NCBI RefSeq assembly: GCF_001194135.2
Contig: NC_068981.1
Location: forward strand, 17,919,874-17,983,873
DNA length: 64,000 bases
Direction: 5' to 3'
DNA from: Octopus bimaculoides
Taxonomy: Eukaryota
Part shown: piece after piece, positions 22,601 through 33,240 of the stretch
Layout: every line of letters starts with the position of its first letter
Numbering within the stretch: position 1 is the stretch's first letter
Program-made: the position numbers and the translations under genes
Notes under the pieces: model-generated
The model's database searches: none
Seen by the model: the letters and a program-made list of their open reading frames with translations, nothing else
What the model was told of the DNA's origin: nothing

Positions 22601-24455
22601 GAGCAAAAAAATACCTTAGGAATGAGAACCCAGGGTTGGGTTCAAAATCCTTCCAGGACACCCAATGAAGGCTGGAGAGTAAACCAGCCGAAATGTGGTA
22701 ACAACAAAGATGAGGACACACATCTGTCCAATGTAAATAACGTACAGAATTCCTCATCTCTAAAATGTAGAAAAGTATCATGAAATCATTAAGGTGAAAC
22801 TTACCGCATGGTTACACCACATGTTATGGCTCCTCTGTTCAGAATCTAACTCATCATTTAAGTCAACACAAGTCAGTGAGGAGGCCTAGATGAAAACAAA
22901 ACAATACACAGTAATAAGCCACATGTCTTGTCTTTAGCAAGCATTGAAATAACGAATTTACAGTCATGAAACCAGCACTTTAACCTCACAGACATTGTAC
23001 CAGAGATTCACTAGTTTTAGAGCTTTGATAACTAATAACTGGCATTCGATTGGTTATGACAAGGATTCCAGTTGATCCAATCAATGGAACAGCCTGCTCA
23101 TGGAATTAACATGTAAGCACTGGTGTAGCTAGAGTGTTTGCTGCCCTGGGGCGGCCCTTCCATTTGCCACTCCTGCACCCCACAAAAAACACACATTGCC
23201 TACAGCAGACCCAAAAGTGCCACCCGGGGCAGACTGCCCCTTTCCAGCTACGCTAGTGCATGTAAGTGGCTGAGTGCTCCACAGACGTGCACCCTTAACG
23301 TAGTTCTCAGGGAGATTCAGTGTGACATGGAATGTGACAGGGCTGGTCCTTTGAATTACAGGTACAACTCATTCTTGCCAAGTGAGTGGACTGGAGCAAT
23401 GTGAAATAAAGTGTCTTGCTCAAGGACACAATGCATCATCAAATACTGAACTCACGACCTTATGATTATAAGCTGAATACCCTAACCACTTAGCCATGCT
23501 TTGATGATGATATTAGTCGAAAATGGTTTAGTGGGTTTGTTTAAGTTTGTCAGAAAATGGTGATGTTGTGGAGTGCTTGAACATCTCTGGAGCAGGCAAG
23601 GAATACGGTTTACACTATGATTGTCTGTACACTGTAATGTATATAATTGCAATCCCCTACAGTCACCTTTTTAAAGTTATCTCTACAGATTTTCTATAGA
23701 AACTAGAGCTAGCACTAGAAGTTACAATGTTTCACAGATGAATATCATCATCATCATCATTTAACGTTCGTTGTCCGTGCTGGCATGGGTTGGACGGTTT
23801 GACTGAGCTGGTATGCTGGAAAGCTGTGCCAGGCTCCAGTCAGATTTGGCATGGTTTTCTACAGCTGGATGCCCTTCCTAACACCAACCACTCTGAGAGT
23901 GTAATGGGTGTTTTTACATTCCACTGGCACAGGTGCCATTTGTATGACACCAATATCTACCAGGACTGCAATTTTGCTTGGCGGGTCTTCTTCTCATGCA
24001 TGACATAATGCTAAATCAAAATCAAACTTGATGACAGCACCGCATGACTGGTATCCGTGCTAGTGGAGCACTAGTAGCACCATCCGTGCCAGTGGCACGT
24101 AAAAAGCACCATTCGAGCGTGATCGTTACCAGTGGTGCCTTACTAGCACTTGTGCCGGTGGTACGTGAAAAACAGCATTCGAGCAAGGGCGTTGCCAGTG
24201 CCGCTGGACTGGCTCCTGTGCAGATGACATGTAAAAACACCATTTGAGCGTGGTTGTTGCCAGTACCGCCTGACTGGCCCTCATGCCGGTGGCACGTAAA
24301 AGCACCCACTACATTCTCGGAGTGGTTGGCGTTAGGAAGAGCATCCAGCTGTAGAAACTCTGCCAGATCAGATTGGAGCCTGATACAGCCATCTGGCTCA
24401 CCAGTCTCCAGTCAAACCGTCCAACCCATGCCAGCATGGAAAGCGGACGTTAAAC

Positions 24456-24489
<34 letters not shown>

Positions 24490-27400
24490 CCTTAATGAAA
24501 TTCATAAAATTCACAGACAAAACAATACTTACTTTCAAATTCAAATCTGGTAACTTTTCATATCTTTCTTTCTGATGTCTGAATATCAAATGGTTGATGA
24601 AGTCCTCAATTTCAGAACGATATTTGCTAACAACAAAATAATAGAAGGAAACTAGAGGATGGTCTTAGATTATCTTTTAATAATTAGGAGAAAAGACACA
24701 GCAATTAATTTATCTAGTGTGAGACTGAGAGAAAGGGGAAAAAAAACACAAAAAAACAACGCATAAAATCTTAAGATCAAACAATTAGTTGAACAATTTT
24801 TTAAAATAAATAAACATTTTCTTTGAAAATGAAATAAATATATTTCATTAAAAAAAAAAGATTTTTCTTGGTAGGCATAAATTCAGTTTATTTAAGAACT
24901 GATAATAACATCTCCATAAATTAAACAGATCAAGCACATGGCAACCTCTCTAGTAAGGGTGCACTAAATACACTCCATAAGGTTATTGGAGGTAGGAAGT
25001 GTACCCAGAAACAAAGACAGGTGAGANNNNNNNNNNNNNNNNNNNNNNNNNNNNNNNNNNNNNNNNNNNNNNNNNNNNNNNNNNNNNNNNNNNNNNNNNN
25101 NNNNNNNNNNNNNNNNNNNNNNNNNNNNNNNNNNNNNNNNNNNNNNNNNNNNNNNNNNNNNNNNNNNNNNNNNNNNNNNNNNNNNNNNNNNNNNNNNNNN
25201 NNNNNNNNNNNNNNNNNNNNNNNNNNNNNNNNNNNNNNNNNNNNNNNNNNNNNNNNNNNNNNNNNNNNNNNNNNNNNNNNNNNNNNNNNNNNNNNNNNNN
25301 NNNNNNNNNNNNNAACTCTAAAATTGTTACATACATAGATATGCACAGCGTAATTTATTATATAAACAATATATGCGTATAAATTACGATTAAACCGGAT
25401 GAAATATGTCACAGGGAATAACATTTTTATGACCGCCCAGCAGTAACTCTATTCAGCTGAATAGACGTCAGTGATTGGTTGAAATTACAGAAATACGACA
25501 ACTTTAACATGGAATAACTTGCGATGTACGTTTTTTTGTTAAGAAGACTAAGAGTAAAAGATGTTTTATATGACACATTCTACCAGTGTCCCAAGTTTCA
25601 AAGTGTTTCGTTAAGAAAATACTGGTGCCCCCGTTTTGAAATAGATCCATAAGAACTGACTAAGATGACCTATCTAATCAAAGCCAGTATGAAAAGTGGA
25701 CATAAAACGATGATGGTGACAATATATGTCCTGACTACAGTGAAGCAAAGAGTAAAAACATTTCTATTTAGGCTGTATACTAACCGAGAAAATTCATTAT
25801 TCTGGTATATAATTTGAAGACCTGGAGACTCTTCATCTGGAACACACCTAGCAGCATGGAAGAGAAGAATAGAAACATAACTACGATGTTAAGAACATAA
25901 NNNNNNNNNNACTAAGAGTTACTCTAATGAAAGTTGATGGTTTGAATATATCTATCAGAAAATATTAAAATATCTACAAAAAATAGAATCCTGCAGGTAA
26001 TATTATCAAAGGACATTATAAAGATAAGGTAAAACTGACATCCGAATAAAATAAGGGCTTAATTTCCTGTCAGGGGTTCAGTCCCACTGTGAAGCACATT
26101 GGTCAAGTGTCTTCTACTATAGCCCTGGGTAGACCAAAACTTTGTGAATAGATTTTGGTAGATGAAAAATGGAAGAATTGTGTGTGTGTGTGTGTGTATG
26201 TATATATATATGTATGTTTTTATATGTAAAATCTGCTTCAACAAATTCTGTCCGACTGATGCAAGTATAGAAAAGAGGACATTAAAAAGGATGATGGCGA
26301 TGATGATAATATGTGATCTGGATTAAGATACTTTGCTAAGTCAAGATCATCATCATCATCAATATATGAGGCGCTTAGTAACAGAGTGTCATAAGCACCA
26401 TGACTTAAAGACCAAGAAAAATGTAGCCAAAGTTTTGTGACTTTCAAAATGTGATATCTTGGCAAGGAATGAAGTTAGGAAGCTGGTTTTGGTCTTAAAA
26501 TGACCGTGAAGACTTCCTCTAATCATTCTACCTGTGTAAAATTATTTATTTATGTATGCATTTGAAAGATGAAACAATGACTGCGTCTTTCTCATTTTGT
26601 AGAATATACCAGTACTACGAAACGGTGTATTGCACTGCATATTTTAGCCATAATACCTAGAAAACGCATACAGAGATCCCCCCACCCAAAGGTATTGTTT
26701 GTGTTTTAATATACTAAGGTATCTTTAAGAGGTAAGTAAGACAAGATAGTAAGATAATAGCCCATTCTCGTTACGAGGAATATTAGAAAGTGAACCATAA
26801 CACCTCGGAAAACGAGAGACCACACCAAAGTTATTGATTGAGAGTGTGAGCTTACAATGGTGTGTTACTAAACTTTCTGGTCTGAGTTTGGGTGAGTGAG
26901 TATTGTGTCAATAGTGTTGAGGTACAATTTTTTTCAGCCGGATTTTTGACCTCATTGCAAGCCTCACCAGTTCTTTCTTCCAACTTTTTCGGATTCTGGA
27001 CGTCGAGGCAACGAAAATGATCTGCTAACCTCGAAGATAGCCATGGTGACACTTCCGACACTCTTTCATAAACACCTCAAATGTATAACGATTTAATATT
27101 AAATATAGAAAGCCATAGCAGATATTGGTTAAAATTCTGGTACTGAATAAATGAAAGACAGTTTATAGTTTGAGTACTGCCATAAAGTCAGGTTTTTATT
27201 TTTTATTTTTTCAAGTTTAATAAATTGTCACATTTGAATATTCATTTCTAAATGTCAAACATTTGTATTATAAGTCGACTTAAACTAACATATGAAACTT
27301 TCAAAATTAGTCAATAAATATATTTTACCTGGTGGAGTCAATTTTCTTAGCAAACTTTCTCAGTTTATCACCTGTACATTCCAGTTAAGGACATATAACA

Positions 27401-28478
27401 ATGGTTATCAAAATTTGACAATATTATACCAAATTAAGCAATGTTTAAATTAACTTAATAATCTGCTAAATACAGAAAGTTCATTTGCTATATCTCTGTT
27501 ACCATTTATTGCTAGTCACAAAACCATTCTATTCTACAGTGGAGGATATTTGGAAATTTGCGAAAAATAAATAAAATAATACAGTGAAATGAGCTAAATG
27601 TAGAGGAATATGATGCGATGATTGCAAAGAAATGTGGCACCGTGATCACAAAAAGAGAAAGGCAAGTACCATAAGATAATAAAATACTGTTAAGACTGAC
27701 CTGAATTACTCAACTGTTCTAATTAACCCCAAAATATACCAGATTTTACAAAAGCAGGGTTTAAAAAAAAACAAAAAAGAAAACTGATTCTCTGCTTCAA
27801 TTGTCAAAGAATTACACTACAAAATTTGAGTAGAGGAAATACAGTTGATTTTAAATCATTCTTTCATGTAGTAATTATCAAAATTTCAAACTTCAATTGA
27901 TACTTATTTTAATAAGTAGGTACAAAATTTATTTTAATGATACTTTCATAAGGAAAAAATCTATATCTTTTATTCTAATCACTATCGGAAGAACAAAATT
28001 TCATTATAAATATGTGGAGTAAAAATGAAAGTAATTTGCCTAACTTCCTATGACAAGAAAATGAAAGTATCCTTTAAAACTTGTGATCAAATCTATTATT
28101 AGCAGTGGAAAACTATTGTTACTTAACCAAAACTAAACATTGGAAGCACAAATTATGAAGAAAAACAAATTATAAATCAAATAATGCATTAAATTCTAAT
28201 CACAAACTAGTGTTTAAAGAACATCCTGAGGAGTTTCATATCAGATGTGTAAGGGTTGAACAGAAAATGTATACAGAACAGAGATTTATTTAGGTAAAGC
28301 AGATTAGTTAGTTGGAAGTGGGTAAAATAGGAACTCAATCACAACAACAACAACAAAAATTTAAAAAACACGATAAAAGAACAATCATATACAAATCGAA
28401 AGATTTAACTTGACACAAAAACGTGGAGTTCCTATTGACGGAAGATAATCAAAACAGAGAAACTATAAATGTATGTGA

Positions 28479-28522
<44 letters not shown>

Positions 28523-29016
28523 GTGTGTGTGTAATATACATATATATGTATGTATATGTGTTGGAAACAATAATAGGAAGTAAATAATGGTTAACACGTG
28601 TTAAGGATACGTTCAAACTGTAGCTGGTGATTGGTGTGTTTCATCATACCAACGAGCATCTCTCCATTCCTTTTCTTTCGTTTTTTACTCTGCTTCTCGC
28701 TTTTTCCTTCTGCAGCAACATCCTTGGTACGTTTGTCTGTAATAATATCATCTCCATCCTCATTTGTTTGATCATTGCTGTCTTTGTCGTCGCTGCCTTC
28801 TTCTTCGCTTTCATCTGAAACTTCAGCGACTTCTCCGGAGGATTTAGAATCTAACTCATCAGATGAACTGGAATCTGATTCTTCAAAACGAAATATGATT
28901 TTACTCCGATCTTCGGAGCCGTATTCATTTTGGTTGTATGAAATAAATGTCGATGCAGAAGACCTGTCTCTTTCAAATTCTTCAAAAAGTGAAGAATCTC
29001 CAAACGAAGACGCCAT
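6750..29016 (-). CDS. ZCCHC8: Zinc finger CCHC domain-containing protein 8 (NEXT complex subunit), 15 coding exons, 2157 nt, 718 aa
   Basis: All 14 introns are GT-AG with consistent phases. Motifs match ZCCHC8 in order: FGDSSLFEEFE, PGLQIIYQNN, KYRSEIEDFI, WEIPKY, CFNCGGAHMIRDC knuckle, RYHAE..RFSSFKPG, IYKMRFYGYPPGWL (PSP), IIEYPGF, PPLPSDTPP, and C-terminal FENLPQSTGTYNRMR. Confidence 0.95.
9720..10068 (+). mobile_element. RTE 3'UTR fragment (hairpin units + (GAT)n tail)
   Basis: gtggcacgtaaaagcacccactacactctcgg...ggacgttaaa(gat)n. Confidence 0.85.
10111..10210 (-). CDS. ZCCHC8: ZCCHC8 exon 14 (DDAKKRKHGTSADGNPKRHRSFDTSSDMDIDTE)
   Basis: ttttgcag/GTAGTT; 100 nt, phase 0 to 1; DMDID matches the family DM(E/D)xD motif. 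Confidence 0.9.
10654..10865 (+). mobile_element. SINE family B (gcctttcatcctt..ggtcgataaattaagtaccag, Meta-domain-like from memory)
   Basis: Also at ~7655-7860 (-), 42259-42472 (-), 58520-58718 (+) and 61225-61440 (+). Confidence 0.75.
11763..11831 (-). CDS. ZCCHC8: ZCCHC8 exon 13 (EHYKYNLPPIQEHQLKTVLHSNK)
   Basis: T-rich tract + TAG/GTAAGA; 69 nt, phase 0 to 0. Confidence 0.88.
12137..12475. mobile_element. Head-to-head fusion of two RTE 3' ends
   Basis: Tails point outward on both sides; the junction is at the gtgcc/ggcac hairpin (~12270-12285). Confidence 0.8.
13023..13093 (-). CDS. ZCCHC8: ZCCHC8 exon 12 (EIDPNLIIEYPGFTVPLPEGFRD)
   Basis: tttgcag/GTAAGT; 71 nt, phase 1 to 0. Confidence 0.95.
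14977..15039 (-). CDS. ZCCHC8: ZCCHC8 exon 11 (VGVSGDTLEDGEVEQTTTGD)
   Basis: ttttatttcag/GTAAGT; 63 nt, phase 1 to 1. Confidence 0.9.
15202..15429 (+). mobile_element. Internally deleted mariner (Tc1/mariner) element
   Basis: ~31-bp TIRs TTGGGTTGTCCGGAAAGTT...; TA TSD; retains transposase C-terminus FWEEGIFKLKERWRRIVQQNGSYLVD*. Confidence 0.9.
15440..16050 (-). mobile_element. Compound SINE family A copies
   Basis: Two partial bodies in tandem. Confidence 0.75.
17025..17176 (-). CDS. ZCCHC8: ZCCHC8 exon 10, PSP domain (DNLREAMRLG...YGYPPGWLQEA...)
   Basis: CAG/GTAAGC; 152 nt, phase 2 to 1. Confidence 0.95.
17692..17953. mobile_element. AT-rich foldback/MITE-like element
   Basis: Imperfect TIRs ggttctatttcacttcttttatt / aaaagaagtgaagttgagcc; related shorter copy at 4293-4421. 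Confidence 0.55.
18116..18178 (-). CDS. ZCCHC8: ZCCHC8 exon 9 (TSRYHAETDSRFSSFKPGYLS)
   Basis: TACAG/GTAAGT; 63 nt, phase 2 to 2. Confidence 0.95.
18349..18553 (-). mobile_element. RTE 3' tail fragment
   Basis: (cat)n cgtttaacgtccgctttccatgctagc... Confidence 0.85.
19244..19432 (-). mobile_element. RTE LINE ORF2 C-terminal fragment next to gap
   Basis: RRLCWYGHVARMDEDSCVKKCHTLTVEGTCGRGRPRKTWDEVVKHDLRTLG; probably continuous across the gap with the 3' tail at 18349-18553. Confidence 0.9.
19584..19712 (-). CDS. ZCCHC8: ZCCHC8 exon 8, zinc knuckle (RKPQCFNCGGAHMIRDCKEKRDAARI...)
   Basis: TACAG/GTGAGT; 129 nt, phase 2 to 2. Confidence 0.95.
20604..20643 (-). ncRNA. Minimal type I hammerhead ribozyme motif (Penelope-type), copy 1
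   Basis: ACTGT-CCGATGA-ACG(GGAA)CGT-GAA-ACT(CAG)AGT-A-ACAGT: stems I, II and III pair and the core is conserved except U4C. Confidence 0.7.
20656..20695 (+). ncRNA. Minimal type I hammerhead ribozyme motif, copy 2 (inverted partner)
   Basis: ACTGT-CCGATGA-ATG(GGAA)CGT-GAA-ACT(CAG)AGT-A-ACAGT; stem II contains one U-G wobble; predicted cleavage after GUA at 20690. Confidence 0.65.
21054..21131 (-). CDS. ZCCHC8: ZCCHC8 exon 7 (YEQVFFEALPLDLEEGDVPKESKPER)
   Basis: AAG/GTTGGT; 78 nt, phase 2 to 2. Confidence 0.88.
21747..21850 (-). CDS. ZCCHC8: ZCCHC8 exon 6 (IIGTSQFYNNFMIDTSGWPLVNLDPSMTDSWEIPK)
   Basis: CAG/GTATCC; 104 nt, phase 0 to 2; conserved WEIPK. Confidence 0.93.
22805..22885 (-). CDS. 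ZCCHC8: ZCCHC8 exon 5 (ASSLTCVDLNDELDSEQRSHNMWCNHA)
   Basis: ttttcatctag| ... |GTAAGT; 81 nt, phase 0 to 0. Confidence 0.88.
23040..23500 (-). mobile_element. SINE family D hosting a hAT MITE
   Basis: gagcaagacactttatttcac...ctccagtccactca body; related heads at 3190-3417, 10420-10650 and 48970-49110. Confidence 0.7.
23118..23258. mobile_element. 141-bp hAT-type MITE
   Basis: Exact 8-bp TSD CATGTAAG (23110-23117, 23259-23266); imperfect 16-bp TIRs CACTGGTGTAGCTAGA / rc CACTAGCGTAGCTGGA. Confidence 0.85.
23744..24488. mobile_element. Head-to-head pair of RTE 3'UTR fragments
   Basis: - copy ~23744-24015, + copy ~24030-24488 with four or five hairpin units. Confidence 0.8.
24533..24626 (-). 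CDS. ZCCHC8: ZCCHC8 exon 4 (KYRSEIEDFINHLIFRHQKERYEKLPDLNLK)
   Basis: AG/GTAAGT; 94 nt, phase 2 to 0. Confidence 0.92.
25785..25847 (-). CDS. ZCCHC8: ZCCHC8 exon 3 (CVPDEESPGLQIIYQNNEFSR)
   Basis: Pyrimidine tract + TAG; donor GTTAGT; 63 nt, phase 2 to 2. Confidence 0.9.
26968..27044 (-). CDS. Candidate alternative first coding exon of ZCCHC8 (MAIFEVSRSFSLPRRPESEKVGRKN-W)
   Basis: gtcaccATGG context; CGGAAGT ETS-like motif immediately upstream; local CpG enrichment; donor TG|GTGAGG in phase 2, in frame with exon 3. Confidence 0.5.
27329..27371 (-). CDS. ZCCHC8: ZCCHC8 exon 2 (RDKLRKFAKKIDSTR)
   Basis: TACAG| ... AG|GTAAAA; 43 nt, phase 1 to 2, bridging exons 1 and 3 in frame. Confidence 0.75.
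28611..29016 (-). CDS. ZCCHC8: ZCCHC8 coding exon 1 (MASSFGDSSLFEEFE..., acidic tract, KKRKKR)
   Basis: ATG at 29016; donor GTATCC after ...TTTGAAC; 406 nt, phase 1. Confidence 0.88.
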
Positions 29017-29460
29017 GTTTACTGTTGTGTTGTGGTAAATATAAAACACGAAATCCCGGAACGAGAAATTAAAACGAAAATCCCACTCGCATTTTCACTA
29101 TCTGTCCATTTTATTTATCTCCATGTATTTAATATACTTCACAGGTAAAACATTGATTCCAAACTATTTCTTAGATGATGTCCAGTCGCAAAAAACCTAA
29201 TTACTGCTTTAACAAGTCATTAGCTGCTTTTATGAATTTTTTACATGAGTAGCCAAACTAAATTCACAAAAATAAGATAAAGGAAAATTTAAAAGACATA
29301 AAATACTAATAAACATTAAGCATGAATTCTAATTTTATTATTTCATTGTTTAAAGCCAACTTTTTTCTTCGGGTTCGTTTCTTGCTTCCGGTCGTATTTG
29401 CAGTCGAAGCAGAAGTGTTTATCATCGACTTTGACTACTGCGTTTTGAGCGGTAAATAAT
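29017..29460. promoter_or_regulatory. Putative ZCCHC8 promoter / divergent promoter region
   Basis: CpG-retaining segment upstream of the ZCCHC8 ATG, with ETS-like CCGGAA (~29056) and CTTCCGG (~29385) motifs and a + strand donor-like GCG|GTAAAT at 29451/29452. Confidence 0.45.
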
Positions 29461-31469
29461 TCAAAGTTGAGATCTCGACATTCTGAAATGTACATGTTAA
29501 TGTTTATTTGAGTTATTAAACTATGAAATTATTATGTTAGCAATCCCAAGACATATTTCAATAGTTAGATGCGCCAAAAAGGAATATTAAACTCAATAAA
29601 ACCACAATTAGTACGTTGATGGCGTTTTTTTAAAAAGATGTTTGATTATTAATTTTATATAACTATATGTACAACAGTTTGATATTAAATAAAGAAATCC
29701 ATAACAAATATTGGTTAAAATATTTAACAAATATAGTAAGAGATTATATAGAAATGGACAATTCCATAATCCAGGTTGTTAGTCAAGCGGTGTATTTATG
29801 TTATGTTAGGTTCTTTTTAAAAAACTTTTATTGATGCAATGTTTACAGCAAGATCAAAGAACAGACATTTCTAAAGTGGGACAAATATTGAAGTTAACGC
29901 TATCCTCGTCGTCAACATTATTTTCATTAGCAGCAGCAACACCACCACTGCCACATAACTATCGTCGTCGTCATGCAAATGTTTGTTATTTAGCCACAGG
30001 TTAAGCTTGAGTAAACAGAATTATAACCAAAGACAACTTAGCCATCACCACCGTTTTCGTGCATTGTGTATCTAGGACTATATTACCCAATTTGTTCTTC
30101 CTTTATGTAGGGTGTGACTAGGAGATTTAGCTACTATTTCTAATAGGTTTTAGTCATATAGATAATGATTATTCTTATCAATAAAAGAATAATTTTAATT
30201 AATAAAAGTTTCTTGAATTACTGCATTCATCGATGGATGGAATAAACAGCATCTCACTTGTATGTTCTATTTTTTAATCCCGATTTCTATGGATGAATAC
30301 CTTTCCTATTATCAATCGCTTTACAGAATATATTGGGCACAATTTAGTGTGGCACCAACACTAGCGAGGTTGACATGTTATTGACAGGACAAGAGTAAAG
30401 GATTATCTTAACCTTGTGAAGATAAATTAAGATGAGAGAGAAAAAGAAGTAAGAGTATGATGGAGGAAACATAGTGAAGGGGACGGAGGAAGGGGCAGTG
30501 CTAGAATAGAATAATAACAGACAATAATGACAGAAGGTGATTAGAGAGTAATAACTGCTATATATTTGCTGTTAAGAGCGATGGTCAGTGGCAAAAGAGT
30601 GTGAATAGGAGGGAGAGGGAAGAGTTGTGGCTACAATCTCTCATCACTTAAGCATTGTGATGAGAGTGAGAGGGGAATAGAGGGAGGGAGAGAGAGAGAG
30701 GTGGGAGTAGAGACATACAAATGGTTGAAGTGGAATTTGTGAAGTTAGAATGATGAGAGGGACAAATACATGTCTACCCTAGCCAAAAAGGAAGACAGGA
30801 TGGTGGAAATGTGGTCATGGCATATCTTCAGATACAAGAATGTGAATAAAGTGTGAATAGAGAGAAAAGATAGTGAAGAATGGGTAGGTAAGTTTGTGAG
30901 AGTGAAAGGAGAGTGACAGATGGTTAGAGATGGACACAGAGGTTAGGGAATACAGTGAATGGTGAACATGGATGGATGTGGTTAATGATGAATATTAGTT
31001 TGGGGAACGGGTCAGGAAGGAGGAGGAGGAGGTGGAGAGTAAGAGTATAATAAAGACAAACATATGAGAAAAGGGAGCTGATGTGAAGTGTGTTTGTGAA
31101 AGAGGAGTGCACAGTGACAGAGATAAAAGTCAAAGATATGTAGGGGTGGATAGAGTGAAGACAAACAAAGGTAGAAGATATGTTGATGGCATATATGAGA
31201 GGATGCTCAGAGGAAAGGGGCTAAATGTGGTAAAGTATGATACTGAAAGTGTGGGACGGGTGACATATGTGTAGTTCTGCTCTCATATAATTACAGCAGA
31301 TAAGTAAATAGTACCATAGTTAGAATAGTGATGGAGGGATGAGTTTTAGAAAGATGAGATGTGAGGAAGACTCAATAACAACTTGAGTGCTGAGGTATAA
31401 CCATAATTAATATGATTTAAGGACCTTATTTTTTAACTGAGTTGGACCAGTCTTCTTGAGCACACTGGA

Positions 31470-31690
31470 TCATCAATTTGGTCCTTTCTCATCTTCTTCA
31501 TGAGGCTCGACATTGGTCTCCACTATTTCTTCCTATGTTTTCCTGGGTCTCCCTCCTCTACGAGTTTCATCCACATTTAAGGATTGGTACTTCTAATGCA
31601 CCTGTTTCATATGCATCACATGACCATGCCAGCAGGCTTCTTTTTTGCTCATTACAGCTGATTTCTCTTATACCCACTCTCTCCATTGTC
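31470..31690 (-). mobile_element. Old RTE-like ORF2 C-terminal fragment
   Basis: Decayed sequence resembling the RL.W.GHV / GRPRK.W region. Confidence 0.55.
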
Positions 31691-32496
31691 TTATTTATTT
31701 TTGTATAGCTACAGATTCTGGTGGTGGAAGTAAGGAAGGTGCACTCAGCCAGAACAGGCCAGTCATTGTTGCTCTGCATTTATTGTTGGCGGTGTGCATC
31801 CCAGAACGGGTTGAAGAAAAGTAATGTTATTGAAGTTGCAACATTTTCTGCCCGTTTGTGTTAGTCTGGGCTAAGTGGGAAAGATAACTTTCTTTGGGTA
31901 GGGTACTGTTGTAGAAATATTCTGGGCTATTGTATATCTATCTGGATACTTGGTGGTTTTTCATATAAATGGCAGGCACTTTGGGGATTAAGAATGTGCT
32001 TCATGCATGTCCAAGTGGTCTTTTATTTTTAGTATCTTTGTTTAGTTGTTCAGGTCTGTGGATGCAGTTTGTATACAACTTGTGATGTCGCACATGCTGT
32101 TCTGCATACTTTGTAGTTTGTTGTGGAGAGACTGGGGTCCAGGTAGAACCAGATATCTATATAATCACAAAGCCTGCGAAAAATTGCAGCCAAATTTTCC
32201 TCAAATATTACACTACTGTTTTAAGAGTATAGTGTTAAACTAGTGTTCTATGGTGATATAGATGTGTCTGGATTAAGTCGATGTTGTAATTGTACTCTAG
32301 GGTATTGGTGATGTGTTTGGGTGATTGGGAATGATTGAACATGTAATGACAAGAACCATTTGGATTGGAGCCCGCTAGAAACAGCAGTCAAAGCTCTTAC
32401 ATATCATATTCTATCATCTTACAAATAGAAGGACACATTACATAATGCAATCCTGGATACACTATACTGGCATAAAAGACAGACAATCATGTCTGG

Positions 32497-33240
32497 ATCA
32501 TCATCATCATCATCGTTTAACGTCTGCTTTCTATGCTGGCATGGGTTGGATGGTTTGATTGAGGACTGGTGAGCCAGAGGCTGCACCAGGCTCAATCTGT
32601 TCTGGCAAAGTTTCTACAGTTGGACGCCCTTCCTAACGCCAACCACGCCGAGAGTGTAGTGGGTGCTTTTTACGTGCTACCGGCACGAGGGCCAGTCAGG
32701 CGGTTCTGGCAACGACCACGCTCACGCTCAAAAGGTGTTTTTACGTGCTACATGCACGGGAGCCAGTCCGGCGGCACTGGCAACGGCCACGCTCGGATGT
32801 GCTTTTAACGTCCCACTGGCACGAGTGCCAATCGGGCGGTTCTGTCATCGGCCACGTCAGCGATTTTGGTTTGTTTACACTTGCCTCAGTAGGTCTTCAC
32901 AAGCAAAGTTCATTGTCCAATGAATGAGGAGTACTCATAAGTGGCCCGGTTACACCCCACGTTCTGATGTGCTTTTAACGTTCCACTGGCACGAGTGCCA
33001 ATCAGGCGGTACTGTCGTCGGCCACGTCAGCAATTTTGATTTCACTTGCCTCAACAGGTCTTCACAAGCAAGGTTTATTGTCCAGTGAATGAGGGGTATT
33101 CATAAATGGGCTGGTTACAACCACTGGCATGGGCCATGAGCTATGGTCTCACTTGGCTTGTCGGGTCTTCTCAAGCACAGCATATCTCCAACGGTCCCGG
33201 TCACTAGTCATTACCTCGGTAAGGCCCAATGTTCGAAGGT
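32497..33240 (-). mobile_element. 5'-truncated RTE: ORF2 end plus complete 3'UTR
   Basis: The reverse strand reads DLRTLGLTEVMTSDRDRWRYAVLEKTRQAK*, then tandem units and a (GAT)n tail. Confidence 0.9.
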
